Shown: in pieces, positions 52,543 to 62,882 of the stretch
How the letters are laid out: each line of letters starts with the position of its first letter
Position numbering within the stretch: the first letter of the stretch is position 1
From: Alphaproteobacteria bacterium
GTDB lineage: Bacteria > Pseudomonadota > Alphaproteobacteria > JAWKYA01
Assembly (NCBI GenBank): GCA_041396725.1
Contig: JAWKYA010000002.1
Location: 52,650 to 116,649, forward strand
Length of the DNA: 64,000 nt
Reading direction: 5' to 3'
The notes under the pieces: model-generated
Database searches by the model: none
Seen by the model: only the letters and a program-made list of their open reading frames with translations
Told to the model about the DNA's origin: nothing
Translations under genes and position numbers: made by a program

Positions 52543-53406
52543 ATGAGTGAAATTCTTTCTTCGCCTACCCCTCCCACAACCGCAACCCGTCAGGGCACTA
52601 CAGGACGCGTTCTTGTGGTTGGCAATGAGAAAGGGGGGTCTGGAAAATCAACCGCGGCGATTCATCTTGCTGTTGGTTTTTTGCAAAAAGGGATCCCCGT
52701 TGCGACGGTTGATATTGATTACCCCCAAGGCACCTTCACTCGGTATATGGAGAACCGCATTGCCCATATTGAGCGAACGGGTAAAAATCTGATCGTTCCC
52801 GAACATCATGTCATACCTCCGTCGACCCATACGACTGCTACAGATATGGAGCAGGATGAACGGCAACGCTATACCGCCGTCATTGATGAGCTCAAGCAAA
52901 GGTTTCCCTTAATCATTGTCGATACGCCTGGCAGTGTAACCTTTATGTCTCGCCTCGCTCATGGGCGAGCAGATGTTATTTTAACCCCGCTGAATGACAG
53001 TTTCATCGATCTTGATGTCGTCGCTCAGGTCGATTTGGTGAATTTTTCATCCCTTACCCCAAGCCACTATGCGAATATGGTCATGCAGGCGCGGGCACGG
53101 AATATGCGGCAAGGTAAAAAACCGGTCGAATGGATTGTCATGCGCAATCGCCTCTCGCCGATCGCCTCTCATAATAAGGTCCAAATGGCTAAGATACTGG
53201 AACTCCTTGGCCGTCGATTCGGATTCCGTAGCATTGCAGGGTTTTCCGAGCGCGTGGCTTTCCGTGAGCTTTTTCTGCAAGGGTTAACCCTTTTGGATGC
53301 AACCGGATCCAAAAAATCTTCATCCTACCTTGCGGCCAAGACTGAGGTGGATAATCTTCTTGCCATCTTTGAGTCTGTGCCAGCTACGACCCATTCCTCC
53401 GCCTAA
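52543..53406 (+). CDS. mipZ: division-plane positioning ATPase MipZ (ParA/MinD superfamily)
   Basis: VLVVGNEKGGSGKST deviant Walker A, IIVDTPGS, and LAHGRADVILTPLNDSFIDLD. It is collinear with Caulobacter MipZ over the whole length. Confidence 0.85.
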   Translation: MSEILSSPTPPTTATRQGTTGRVLVVGNEKGGSGKSTAAIHLAVGFLQKGIPVATVDIDYPQGTFTRYMENRIAHIERTGKNLIVPEHHVIPPSTHTTATDMEQDERQRYTAVIDELKQRFPLIIVDTPGSVTFMSRLAHGRADVILTPLNDSFIDLDVVAQVDLVNFSSLTPSHYANMVMQARARNMRQGKKPVEWIVMRNRLSPIASHNKVQMAKILELLGRRFGFRSIAGFSERVAFRELFLQGLTLLDATGSKKSSSYLAAKTEVDNLLAIFESVPATTHSSA

Positions 53407-53512
53407 ACCGGGCCTTACGTATCTTTCTTGCCCCCGAGACTTTGACTGGTTAAATTGCCGCTCATTCATCGGCCGAAGATATTGCGACGGGTTAACAAGG
53501 ATATAGCATACG

Positions 53513-53767
53513 ATGACCGCACGGTCCGAACTTCCGCGCGAAATCGCGGCACTAAGTTTTGAAGACGCCTTAAAAGAGCTCGAACAGATCGTTCGTCGAC
53601 TTGAAGACGGATCTGCCAAGCTGGATGAGGCGATCGCCGCCTATGAGCGCGGGGCTCTTCTGAAGCGGCATTGCGAAACCAAGCTGGCTGAAGCCAAGGC
53701 TAAAATCGATACGATTGCCTTGGACAGCAATGGAACGCCGAGCATCGGTAAAAGCGATAGTTTCTAA
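53513..53767 (+). CDS. xseB: exodeoxyribonuclease VII small subunit
   Basis: 84 aa, with LSFEDALKELEQIVRRLEDG...LDEAIAAYERG. Confidence 0.9.
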   Translation: MTARSELPREIAALSFEDALKELEQIVRRLEDGSAKLDEAIAAYERGALLKRHCETKLAEAKAKIDTIALDSNGTPSIGKSDSF

Positions 53768-53783
53768 CAAAATTTAGCACGAA

Positions 53784-54683
53784 TTGGGGGATAGCTTGAC
53801 TGACCTAGGTACGGCCATGACAGATGCCGCTAAAGCCGTAGAGCGGATCCTCGAAGAATTTATGCCGCATAGCGATGACCTAGAAGGGCGTCTGTTTGAC
53901 GCGATGCGTTATTCTACCTTCGCTGGGGGAAAGCGGTTGCGGCCCTTCCTGGTGCGCGAAAGCGCGCGACTTTTCAATGTTCCTGACGACTATGCCGTCC
54001 GTGCTGGCGCCGCGGTTGAGCTTATCCATACCTATTCCCTTGTCCACGACGATCTTCCCGCTATGGACAACAGCGATCTGCGACGCGGCCAGCCAACGGC
54101 GCATAAAAAATTCGATGAAGCGACTGCACTAATCGCCGGCGACGCTTTATTGACCTTGGCCTTCGAGGTTCTCGCCGACGGCCAGACCCACCCTGATGCT
54201 GCCGTGCGCTGCAGTCTGATCAGTTCACTTGCAGGGGCCGCAGGGGCTATAGGCATGTGCGGGGGCCAAATCTATGATCTGCAGGCCGAAGATCGTACCC
54301 TTGATCTCGAGTCGATCAAAAAATTGCAAGCCATGAAAACAGGCGCTCTTTTCGCCTACTCCTGCGAAGCTGGAGCGCTTTTGGCTAAGGCTGATACGAA
54401 ATCGCGCCAAGCTCTCCGTCATTACGCCCATGACCTGGGCCTCGCCTTTCAGATCGCGGATGATATTTTAGATGCCGAAGGGGATGAAGCCTTGGTAGGA
54501 AAATCGATCCGCCGCGATGCTGATGCAGGAAAAGAAACCTTTGTTTCATTGCTAGGCCTGGATCAGGCAAAGGCCGAAGCGGCGCAGTTCGCAAGGTCAG
54601 CAGCGAATCATCTTGATTTGTTTGGCGACAAAGCCACACTTCTGCAATCTGCTGCTTTTTTTGTGGTCGAGCGGCAGACTTAA
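53784..54683 (+). CDS. ispA: farnesyl diphosphate synthase (geranyltranstransferase)
   Basis: DDxxD motifs in [17 protein letters not shown] and FQIADDILD. The start is a TTG at 53784, or possibly the ATG at 53817. Confidence 0.9.
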   Translation: MGDSLTDLGTAMTDAAKAVERILEEFMPHSDDLEGRLFDAMRYSTFAGGKRLRPFLVRESARLFNVPDDYAVRAGAAVELIHTYSLVHDDLPAMDNSDLRRGQPTAHKKFDEATALIAGDALLTLAFEVLADGQTHPDAAVRCSLISSLAGAAGAIGMCGGQIYDLQAEDRTLDLESIKKLQAMKTGALFAYSCEAGALLAKADTKSRQALRHYAHDLGLAFQIADDILDAEGDEALVGKSIRRDADAGKETFVSLLGLDQAKAEAAQFARSAANHLDLFGDKATLLQSAAFFVVERQT

Positions 54684-54724
54684 GTTCTGTTTATCCTGCG
54701 TTCAGCAGAAAAGGATGGTATCCC

Positions 54725-56656
54725 GTGACCAATTCTAAGACCAGCACCTATTCCCTTCTTGACCGGGTGAAGTTACCGCGCGATTTGCGGCAACTGCCAG
54801 AAAGCGACTTACAGCAACTCTGTGATGAACTTCGTCGAGAGACCATTGATGCTGTTTCCGTAACGGGTGGGCATTTAGGCGCAGGATTGGGCGTGGTCGA
54901 ATTGACGGTCGCCGTTCATTATATTTTTGATACGCCCAATGACAAGTTGATTTGGGATGTAGGTCACCAATGTTATCCTCATAAAATTCTAACGGGGCGC
55001 CGCGACCGCATTCGTACTCTACGCCAGAGTGGCGGTCTCTCCGGCTTCACCAAACGCAGCGAAAGCGAATACGATCCTTTCGGTGCTGCCCATAGCTCAA
55101 CCTCTATCTCTGCTGCTCTTGGGTATGCGGTCGGCCGCGATCTTAAAAAGAAAGACAATCACGTTATCGCTGTGATTGGCGATGGGGCGATGACCGGTGG
55201 CATGGCTTATGAAGCTATGAACAATGCTGGATCGCTAAAAAGTAAGCTTACGGTTGTCTTGAACGATAACGATATGTCAATCGCCCCGCCGGTAGGTGCG
55301 TTATCCAATTACCTAGCGCGATTAATCAGTTCAAAGCCCTATCACAAGTTACGCGATCTCGGCGAAGACTTGGCGAAGATCTTGCCGCGACCTTTGCAAA
55401 AGGCCGCCCGCCGCGCCGAGGAATACGCACGTGGTATTCTAACCGGTGGTGGGACTCTATTCGAAGAGCTTGGTTTTTTCTATGTCGGCCCCATCGATGG
55501 TCATAATCTCAATCATCTATTGCCGATCCTTAAGAACATCCGCGACTACCATGAAGATGGACCTATCCTTCTCCATATCGTGACTCAAAAGGGTAAAGGT
55601 TACGAGTTCGCCGAAAAATCTGCCGATAAAGGCCATGCTCGCAATAAATTCGATGTGGCGACCGGGGTTCAGGTCAAGTCGACCCCCAAGGCACCCGCCT
55701 ATCAAAACGTTTTCGCCGAAGCCTTGATTAAAGAGGCGGAGAAAGACGAACGGATCGTTGCTGTCACAGCAGCCATGCCTTCCGGAACAGGACTTAATCT
55801 TTTTGCGGATCGTTTTCCGGAACGATGCTTCGATGTGGGGATCGCTGAACAGCACGGTGTTACCTTTGCCGCAGGTCTTGCTTGCGAAGGGTTAAAGCCT
55901 TTCGCTACGATTTACTCGACCTTCCTACAGCGTGGGTACGATCAAATCGTTCATGATGTGGCCATTCAAAATCTACCTGTCCGGTTTGCTATGGATCGCG
56001 CAGGCCAAGTGGGTGCCGACGGTTCAACCCACGCAGGGTCTTTCGATATTGCCTACTTAGGGTGCCTACCGAACATGATGCTGATGGCGCCATCCGACGA
56101 AGCTGAGCTGGTTCACATGGTTGCAACCGCTGTCGCGTACGATGAAGGCCCTTGCGGGTTCCGTTACCCTCGTGGTGAAGGCATTGGCATTGCGCTACCA
56201 AAAACAGGACAGATTCTTCCGATCGGCCGCGGCCGCATCGTGAAGGAGGGGACAAAGGTTGCCTTTTTAACCTATGGCGTTGCCTTACAAACTGCCTTGG
56301 CTGCTGCAGAAAAGTTGGATGCTATGGGTCTGTCGACTACCGTTGCTGATGCACGGTTTTGTAAACCCCTAGATCAGGAGTTGATCCGCCGCCTGGCGCG
56401 TAACCACGAAGTCCTGATCACCGCCGAAGAAGGATCGATCGGCGGCTTTGCAACTCATGTCACCCACTTCTTGATTCAAGAGGGTTTATTGGATGGTGGA
56501 TTGAAATTCCGCCCTAAATATTTCAAAGATGTCTTCATCGATCAAGAAAAGCCTGAAACACAGAATCGGTTGATGGGTGTCGATGCGGAAAGTCTTGTGC
56601 AAACTGCGGTGACGGCCCTAGGGATCGATGCTTCAACCCTTCGCCGTCAAGCTTAA
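54725..56656 (+). CDS. dxs: 1-deoxy-D-xylulose-5-phosphate synthase
   Basis: 643 aa, with a [20 protein letters not shown] thiamine-diphosphate motif and a GDG(A)[12 protein letters not shown]-binding site. It has a GTG start. Confidence 0.95.
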   Translation: MTNSKTSTYSLLDRVKLPRDLRQLPESDLQQLCDELRRETIDAVSVTGGHLGAGLGVVELTVAVHYIFDTPNDKLIWDVGHQCYPHKILTGRRDRIRTLRQSGGLSGFTKRSESEYDPFGAAHSSTSISAALGYAVGRDLKKKDNHVIAVIGDGAMTGGMAYEAMNNAGSLKSKLTVVLNDNDMSIAPPVGALSNYLARLISSKPYHKLRDLGEDLAKILPRPLQKAARRAEEYARGILTGGGTLFEELGFFYVGPIDGHNLNHLLPILKNIRDYHEDGPILLHIVTQKGKGYEFAEKSADKGHARNKFDVATGVQVKSTPKAPAYQNVFAEALIKEAEKDERIVAVTAAMPSGTGLNLFADRFPERCFDVGIAEQHGVTFAAGLACEGLKPFATIYSTFLQRGYDQIVHDVAIQNLPVRFAMDRAGQVGADGSTHAGSFDIAYLGCLPNMMLMAPSDEAELVHMVATAVAYDEGPCGFRYPRGEGIGIALPKTGQILPIGRGRIVKEGTKVAFLTYGVALQTALAAAEKLDAMGLSTTVADARFCKPLDQELIRRLARNHEVLITAEEGSIGGFATHVTHFLIQEGLLDGGLKFRPKYFKDVFIDQEKPETQNRLMGVDAESLVQTAVTALGIDASTLRRQA

Positions 56657-56689
56657 CTCAGCTGCGCAGCCTCATGGGATAATCTATAT

Positions 56690-57478
56690 TTGGCTCGGAT
56701 CGATAAACAAAGAGCCGATGTTCTCTTATGCGATCGCGGCCTCGCCGAAAGTCGAACCAAGGCGCAGGCATTGATCCTTGCCGGCGTCGTTTTTTCTGGC
56801 GAGCGGCGCATCCAAAAGCCGGGCGATCTTCTCCCTCAGGATATTCCTCTCACGATTCGTGAGCGCGACCATCCTTATGTCAGTCGTGGCGGTCTTAAAC
56901 TTGCCCATGCCCTATCCTACTTCAAGGTTGATCCTCAAGGATTGACCTGCCTTGATATTGGTGCCTCGACTGGTGGTTTTACCGATGTCCTACTCAGGAA
57001 CGGAGCCGCTCTGGTTTATGCGGTCGATGTCGGTCGAGGACAGATTGCTGAGATTCTGCGGCGTGACCCCCGCGTTCGCATACGCGAGCGCACCAATGCC
57101 CGATATCTTAATAGAGAGCAAATTCCGGATCCCATCGATCTTATTGTTTGCGATGCCAGCTTCATCAGCCTTAAAACGATCTTACCAGCACCCCTTGCCT
57201 TGGCACAGCCGAAGGCCACATTGATTGCCTTGATCAAACCGCAGTTCGAGGTGGGACGAGAACATGTCGGAAAGAAGGGTGTCGTTCGCGATTCTGCCTT
57301 ACACGAAACCGTCTGTCAGAATATTGATGCCTTTGTAACGGCACAGGGATGGACCGTCGCAGGTATAACACCCAGCCCCATCCTTGGTCCTGAAGGTAAT
57401 CAAGAATTTCTGCTCGCTGCTCATCGTTCGACCACCTTTATCGACGAATCGGAAAACTCTCGCCCATACCTGCAATAA
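56690..57478 (+). CDS. tlyA: TlyA family rRNA (cytidine-2'-O)-methyltransferase
   Basis: N-terminal S4 domain (RADVLLCDRGLAESRTKAQALI) plus an FtsJ-like methyltransferase domain (CLDIGASTGGFTDVLL). It has a TTG start. Confidence 0.85.
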   Translation: MARIDKQRADVLLCDRGLAESRTKAQALILAGVVFSGERRIQKPGDLLPQDIPLTIRERDHPYVSRGGLKLAHALSYFKVDPQGLTCLDIGASTGGFTDVLLRNGAALVYAVDVGRGQIAEILRRDPRVRIRERTNARYLNREQIPDPIDLIVCDASFISLKTILPAPLALAQPKATLIALIKPQFEVGREHVGKKGVVRDSALHETVCQNIDAFVTAQGWTVAGITPSPILGPEGNQEFLLAAHRSTTFIDESENSRPYLQ

Positions 57479-57519
57479 TAGAAGCGAATAAGAAGCAAAA
57501 CTTCCCGCTGTTATGGAGT

Positions 57520-57837
57520 CTATTTTTCAATAGGTAGGCCTTCTGCCGCCCATGCTTTAATACCACCTTGCATATTGGCAATGTTCTCATAACCATTTTG
57601 TATTAACCATAAGCCAAGACGGCCGGACCGGGCGCCCGACTGGCACTGCAGGATAAGAGTTTTCCCGCTATATTCTGGAAGTTGAGCTGGATCGAATACG
57701 GATAAAGGAATAAGTTTTGCACCAGAGATACGCACTTGATCCCACTCATCCTGTTCGCGGCAATCCACAAGAACGGCCTTATTGCTATCTAATAATTCCT
57801 TTGCATCTGTAACAGTAATTTCTGCTAAATCAGCCAT
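57520..57837 (-). CDS. rhodanese-like domain protein (sulfurtransferase)
   Basis: Contains LVDCREQDEW....I.GA..IPL and the active-site CQSGARSG. The start is at the internal MADLAEI. Confidence 0.75.
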   Translation of the reverse strand: MADLAEITVTDAKELLDSNKAVLVDCREQDEWDQVRISGAKLIPLSVFDPAQLPEYSGKTLILQCQSGARSGRLGLWLIQNGYENIANMQGGIKAWAAEGLPIEK

Positions 57838-57924
57838 GCGCTTTTTCCTCTTCGCTAAGTTCTTTCGATAGTTTATCAAAACTAAGGTCTCTGTCAGTAT
57901 TTCAAGTGATTAGGCATCTGTCTT

Positions 57925-59219
57925 ATGCGGAAACGGTCCTCGGTGCTTTCCTCAAAAAATTTAAGTGAAGAAACTCTTATTGAGATCGAGGACTTAGGGA
58001 GGCGTGGGGATGGGGTTGTCAGAATCAATGGGCAAGCTCTTCACGTTCCTCTCACCCTACCGGGCGACCAGTTAAAGCTTCGCTATGATCTTAAGACACT
58101 GCGCCCTGCGGAATTCTCCCTTATAAAACCGAGCGCCCTGCGCGTTCATGCCCCTTGCCCCCATTTCTCCGCTTGTGGCGGCTGCCAGTTGCAACATTTC
58201 GCCGAGCTACCGTACCGTCAATGGAAGCGCCGATTGGTTATCGACGCTGTGATGCGTGCTGGCGGTAATCCCTCGGTCGTTACCGATATCGTTAGCGTAC
58301 CCACAACCAGCCGGCGCCGCGCAGTTCTTACAGCGAAAAAATATGGTGAGCACCTTCGTGTTGGATTTTATCGCCGCCACGAACATGTCATCGAGGATAT
58401 GACTCAATGCTTAATCCTCGCACCGCCATTGGCAAATCTTCTGCCCGCACTTCGTGCCAGTCTCTCTTCCGAGATCGACCTGCCAGAAATGCGGATTACG
58501 GCAACAGCTACAGAAAGAGGGGTCGATCTGATCATCGATGCTGAGCGACCTCTAGATTTAAGGTTACGTGAGAAATTTGCTCAGTTCGCGCACGATGAAG
58601 ATCTAGCCCGGATTTCGTGGCAGCAGAATCTCAGATGCCCGAGCCCATCTCCATACGCCGTACCCCAATTGTGATTTTTGGCAGAATCCCCGTCGCCTTA
58701 CCACCCGGTATCTTTTTACAGCCCAGTATTGAAGGTGGCGCCCTCCTTCAGGCTTTCGTGAACGAAGCTATCCCGGTTCATGCCTCACGTGTTGCCGATC
58801 TTTATGCCGGCTGCGGGCCTTTTACCTTTACGCTTGCAGGACGAACTATCGTCCATGCGGTTGAAGAAAACACCGAAGCAATCGGAGCCTTAAGCGCTGC
58901 ATCGCGGCGCGCTGGGCTTGTCCCTTGGGTAACCGCCGAACAGCGCGATCTTGCACGCCGCCCCCTCCTCCCCGATGAGTTGGCGGGATTCGATGCAGTC
59001 ATTTTTGATCCACCGCGCAGCGGCGCTTCGGCACAAGCGGCCACCTTGGCCGCATCGCCCGTCCCGCTTGTAATCGCCATCTCCTGTAATCCAGCAACCT
59101 TTGCTCGTGATGCACGAACTCTGATGGCTGGGGGCTACATCTTGAAAAAAGTTATGCCACTGGATCAATTCCCATGGTCCGCCCATGTGGAGTTAGCCGC
59201 ACAATTTATCAAGCCTTAA
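57925..59219 (+). pseudogene. 23S rRNA (uracil-C5)-methyltransferase RlmD/RumA-like, split into two frames at about 58617-58674
   Basis: ORF 57925-58674 has a TRAM domain and a CPHFSACGGCQLQH Fe-S cysteine cluster. ORF 58617-59219 (+2 frame) has the SAM methyltransferase domain (DLYAGCGPFT...FDPPRSGA...ISCNPATFARD). Together they reconstruct one ~430-aa enzyme. Confidence 0.65.
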
Positions 59220-59224
59220 GCGCT

Positions 59225-60307
59225 TTATCCGCACTGCGCCTTATGGCGCAACCAATGATCTGCAAGCACAATAGCCATCATCGCTTCGCCCACCGGAACG
59301 GCGCGGATCCCAACACACGGGTCATGCCGTCCCTTAGTTGCGATCTCGGTTTCTTGACCATGGATGTCGATGGTACGTCGAGACGAGAGAATCGAACTAG
59401 TGGGTTTGACCGCAAATCGCGCAACTACCGCTTGGCCTGTCGATATTCCGCCGAGAATACCGCCGGCTTGGTTAGAAAGGAAAACAGGCCTCCCCTTTTG
59501 TATTCGCATTTCATCGGCGTTTTCTTCTCCGGATAATTCGGCGGCCGCAAAGCCTGCACCGATTTCCACACCTTTCACGGCATTGATCGACATCATGGCC
59601 GAAGCTAGATCCGCATCCAACTTGCCATAGACGGGGGCGCCAAGCCCAGGCGGCACTCCTTCGGCAACAATTTCAATAACGGCGCCGATAGAAGATCCCG
59701 CTTTACGAATATCGTCGAGATAACCTTCCCAAACTGTCACCGTTTGCGGATCGGGGCAGAAAAAGGGATTGGTATCAACAGCGGCCCAATCCCAACGACG
59801 GCGATCGATCTTCTGCGTTCCCATCTGCACCAAAGCGCCCCGCAAGTGAAAATCCTGCCCCCAGGCAGCGGCGAGAATCTTGCGAGCGATAGCTCCCGCG
59901 GCAACCCGCAACGCGGTTTCGCGTGCCGACGATCGGCCGCCGCCGCGCCAATCCCGGATCCCGTATTTAGCCCAATAGGTATAGTCCGCATGACCAGGGC
60001 GGAATTTATCTTTAATCGCATCGTAATCTTTGGAGCGTGTATCTTCGTTATCGATCATCAGAGCAATGGGTGTCCCCGTCGTTTGCCCTTCAAATACGCC
60101 TGAAAGAATACGAGCCTTATCCCCCTCCCGACGTTGGGTCGTAAAGCGCGACTGACCGGGCCGCCGGCGATCCAACCAAATTTGCAAATCCTCTTCGCTT
60201 AGAGAGAGACGGGGTGGCACACCATCTACCACACAGCCAATGGCAGGACCGTGACTCTCTCCCCAGGTTGTTATGCGAAAAAGATGGCCGAAACTGTTAT
60301 GGGACAT
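59225..60307 (-). CDS. aroC: chorismate synthase
   Basis: [32 protein letters not shown] and the rest of the AroC signature, in 360 aa. Confidence 0.95.
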   Translation of the reverse strand: MSHNSFGHLFRITTWGESHGPAIGCVVDGVPPRLSLSEEDLQIWLDRRRPGQSRFTTQRREGDKARILSGVFEGQTTGTPIALMIDNEDTRSKDYDAIKDKFRPGHADYTYWAKYGIRDWRGGGRSSARETALRVAAGAIARKILAAAWGQDFHLRGALVQMGTQKIDRRRWDWAAVDTNPFFCPDPQTVTVWEGYLDDIRKAGSSIGAVIEIVAEGVPPGLGAPVYGKLDADLASAMMSINAVKGVEIGAGFAAAELSGEENADEMRIQKGRPVFLSNQAGGILGGISTGQAVVARFAVKPTSSILSSRRTIDIHGQETEIATKGRHDPCVGIRAVPVGEAMMAIVLADHWLRHKAQCG

Positions 60308-60336
60308 AAGCGCGCTCTAGCCGTTCTCTCATGACC

Positions 60337-61173
60337 TTAGCTTTTCTCAAGACCTGTCAGAAGCGTTGCAACTTCAGTGGCGGCATCCACGGCTACCATC
60401 CCCACCACATTGTATCCTGAGTCGACGTGATGAACCTCACCCGTTACACCGCGCGACAGGTCACTTAAGAGATAAAGTCCTGCGTTGCCCACTTCATCGG
60501 TCGTCACATTGCGTCGCAGAGGTGCATTCAACTCATTCCACTTGAGGATATAGCGAAAATCCCCAATCCCACTGGCCGCCAGTGTTTTAATCGGGCCTGC
60601 CGAGATCGCATTCACCCGAATGTCGCGCGTCCCTAAATCAACCGCTAAATAGCGCACCGATGCCTCCAACGCCGCTTTAGCAACACCCATAACATTATAG
60701 TGCGGCATCACCCGTTCGGCCCCATAGTAGGTCAAGGTCACCAGACTGCCGCCAGAATTCATGATTGCAGCCGCTTCCTTGGCTACGGCCGTAAAAGAGA
60801 AGCACGAGATGTCCAGGGTGGTGCGAAAATTCTCGCGCGTTGTATCGAGGTAAAGCCCCTTAAGTTCTTCCTTGTCGGAAAAGGCGATAGCATGTACCAC
60901 AAAGTCAATTTTCGGCCACGTTTTGGTAACTTGAGTAAAGCACGCGCGGATACTGTCGTCGGTAGCAACATCGCACTCAAGAACCAAGGATGAATTTATA
61001 CTCTCGGCCAAGGGTTTGACCCGTTTATACAGCGCCTCCCCTTGATAGGTGAAAGCAACCTCGGCGCCCTGCGCAGCGATCGCCCGCGCAATCCCCCAGG
61101 CAATGGAACGATCGTTCGCAACCCCCATGATAATGCCGCGTTTGCCGGCCATAAGCGGGGTAGAAAGGGTCAT
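60337..61173 (-). CDS. fabI: enoyl-[acyl-carrier-protein] reductase (NADH)
   Basis: Contains GKRGIIMGVANDRSIAWGIA and a Y-x6-K catalytic pattern (YNVMGVAKAALEA). The start may be the internal Met at 61152. Confidence 0.9.
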   Translation of the reverse strand: MTLSTPLMAGKRGIIMGVANDRSIAWGIARAIAAQGAEVAFTYQGEALYKRVKPLAESINSSLVLECDVATDDSIRACFTQVTKTWPKIDFVVHAIAFSDKEELKGLYLDTTRENFRTTLDISCFSFTAVAKEAAAIMNSGGSLVTLTYYGAERVMPHYNVMGVAKAALEASVRYLAVDLGTRDIRVNAISAGPIKTLAASGIGDFRYILKWNELNAPLRRNVTTDEVGNAGLYLLSDLSRGVTGEVHHVDSGYNVVGMVAVDAATEVATLLTGLEKS

Positions 61174-61320
61174 TGTTTGCCTCTTGAGATAGCGTCGACA
61201 GGGGTAGGCATCCTACACAAAGATCATTCTGCTTCCAAGCGACTGCTGCAACTTGCTCTTGGCAGGGTGGTAGGTAACATTCATAGTACGGTTTCCTTGG
61301 ATTAAAGCTGGACTTTCTCT

Positions 61321-61914
61321 ATGATTATTGCTGCTGTTCCAGATCCCTTCAGCCTTTTCGCCACCTGGCTGACCGAAGCAGAAACGCGAGAAGCAAACGA
61401 TCACAACGCCATGGCCTTGGCCACCGCCAGCCCTGGCGCCGTGCCATCGGTCCGTATGGTCCTACTCAAGGGCTTCGATCCTCGAGGTTTCGTCTTTTAT
61501 ACGAATTATCGAAGCCGTAAGGGCCAAGAGCTGAGTCAAAATCCCCAAGCCGCGCTTTGTTTCCATTGGAAGTCGCTGCGGCGGCAAATTCGCATCGAGG
61601 GCACGGTTGCCCAGGTCAGCCCCGAAGAGGCCGATACCTATTTCATCTCGCGCCCCTATGGATCGCAGATTGGCGCCTGGGCATCTCAGCAATCGCAACC
61701 GCTGAGCGATCGCCGTGAACTTGAGGCTCGAGTCACCCAGCTTGAACAACAGTACCCTGCCACGGTCCCACGACCCGATTATTGGTCAGGATTTCGCCTG
61801 ACGCCGCGGGCGATCGAGTTTTGGCAAAACATGCCCTCTCGGCTTCATGATCGTCTCCTTTATACGCGGATGGATGAAAGTAGCTCATGGACCATACAAC
61901 GACTTCAACCGTAA
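61321..61914 (+). CDS. pdxH: pyridoxamine 5'-phosphate oxidase
   Basis: Contains [30 protein letters not shown]...RQIRIEG, the PdxH family signature. Confidence 0.9.
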   Translation: MIIAAVPDPFSLFATWLTEAETREANDHNAMALATASPGAVPSVRMVLLKGFDPRGFVFYTNYRSRKGQELSQNPQAALCFHWKSLRRQIRIEGTVAQVSPEEADTYFISRPYGSQIGAWASQQSQPLSDRRELEARVTQLEQQYPATVPRPDYWSGFRLTPRAIEFWQNMPSRLHDRLLYTRMDESSSWTIQRLQP

Positions 61915-62882
61915 AAACCGATGCTGCCGCCCTGCGGTGGGTTCGCTGGGCGAGTTACGCCTCCGTGGGGGTTGCCGTCGTTCTTATCCTAGCTAAGCTT
62001 ACAGCTTTTCTCGCCACCGACTCTGTGAGTGTTTTATCGACCCTCATCGACTCTCTCCTGGATGCTTTTGCTTCCGTCATTATTCTCTTGGCTGTGCGTA
62101 CAGCTTCGATGCCCCCCGATGCCGAGCACCGGTTCGGCCACGGCAAGGCCGAACCCCTAGGCGCCCTTGCCCAGGCTTTGTTCGTCAGCGGCTCGGCGGT
62201 CCTTTTGTTCATCGAAGCGGGGCATCGTTTGCTAACGAGCCCACAAACCGTCACTCAGGTACCGCTAGGGATTGCTGTTATGGTGCTGTCCTTGGTCTTA
62301 ACGGGTTGTCTCATTCTCTTTCAGCGCTTCGTTATTCGCCGCAGCGGCTCCATCGCTATTGGCGCCGACGCACTTCATTATCGCACCGATTTTCTCGTCA
62401 ACGGCGCCGTCATCCTAGCGCTATGGTTCGGACAACAGCACTCGCTTGCTTTTGTCGACCCTCTTATTGCCTTCGGCATTGGCAGTTATATTCTTTATAG
62501 TGCATGGCATATCGGCCGCGGTGCCCTGGATATGTTGATGGATCGTGAGATCCCCGATCCCGACAAAGCCAAGATCATCGATCTCGCCTTCTCTTACCCC
62601 GAGGTGGCTGCTCTTCACGATCTTCGCACACGGCGTGCCGGACCGAATGCCTTCGTGCAAATGCATATCGAGTTGGATGGCACCATGCCTTTATCCGAAG
62701 CTCATCGCATCGCCGATGGTATCGAGAAAAAGATCCGCACCGCCTTTCCCGGTATCGACGTTCTTGTGCACCAAGATACCCTATTCCCTCTTGGTCGTAG
62801 CCGCCGCGTTGATCGAATTAATCGCCCAGAAACATCCGAGACTTCGCAAGCCGTTGGCGCATCCCATGCTTCCTCCTGGTAG
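61887..62882 (+). CDS. cation diffusion facilitator family transporter
   Basis: Six TM helices, with the HxxxD motif ([10 protein letters not shown]) and a C-terminal cytoplasmic domain (DREIPDPD...). It overlaps the pdxH 3' end by about 28 nt. Confidence 0.85.
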   Translation: MDHTTTSTVKTDAAALRWVRWASYASVGVAVVLILAKLTAFLATDSVSVLSTLIDSLLDAFASVIILLAVRTASMPPDAEHRFGHGKAEPLGALAQALFVSGSAVLLFIEAGHRLLTSPQTVTQVPLGIAVMVLSLVLTGCLILFQRFVIRRSGSIAIGADALHYRTDFLVNGAVILALWFGQQHSLAFVDPLIAFGIGSYILYSAWHIGRGALDMLMDREIPDPDKAKIIDLAFSYPEVAALHDLRTRRAGPNAFVQMHIELDGTMPLSEAHRIADGIEKKIRTAFPGIDVLVHQDTLFPLGRSRRVDRINRPETSETSQAVGASHASSW

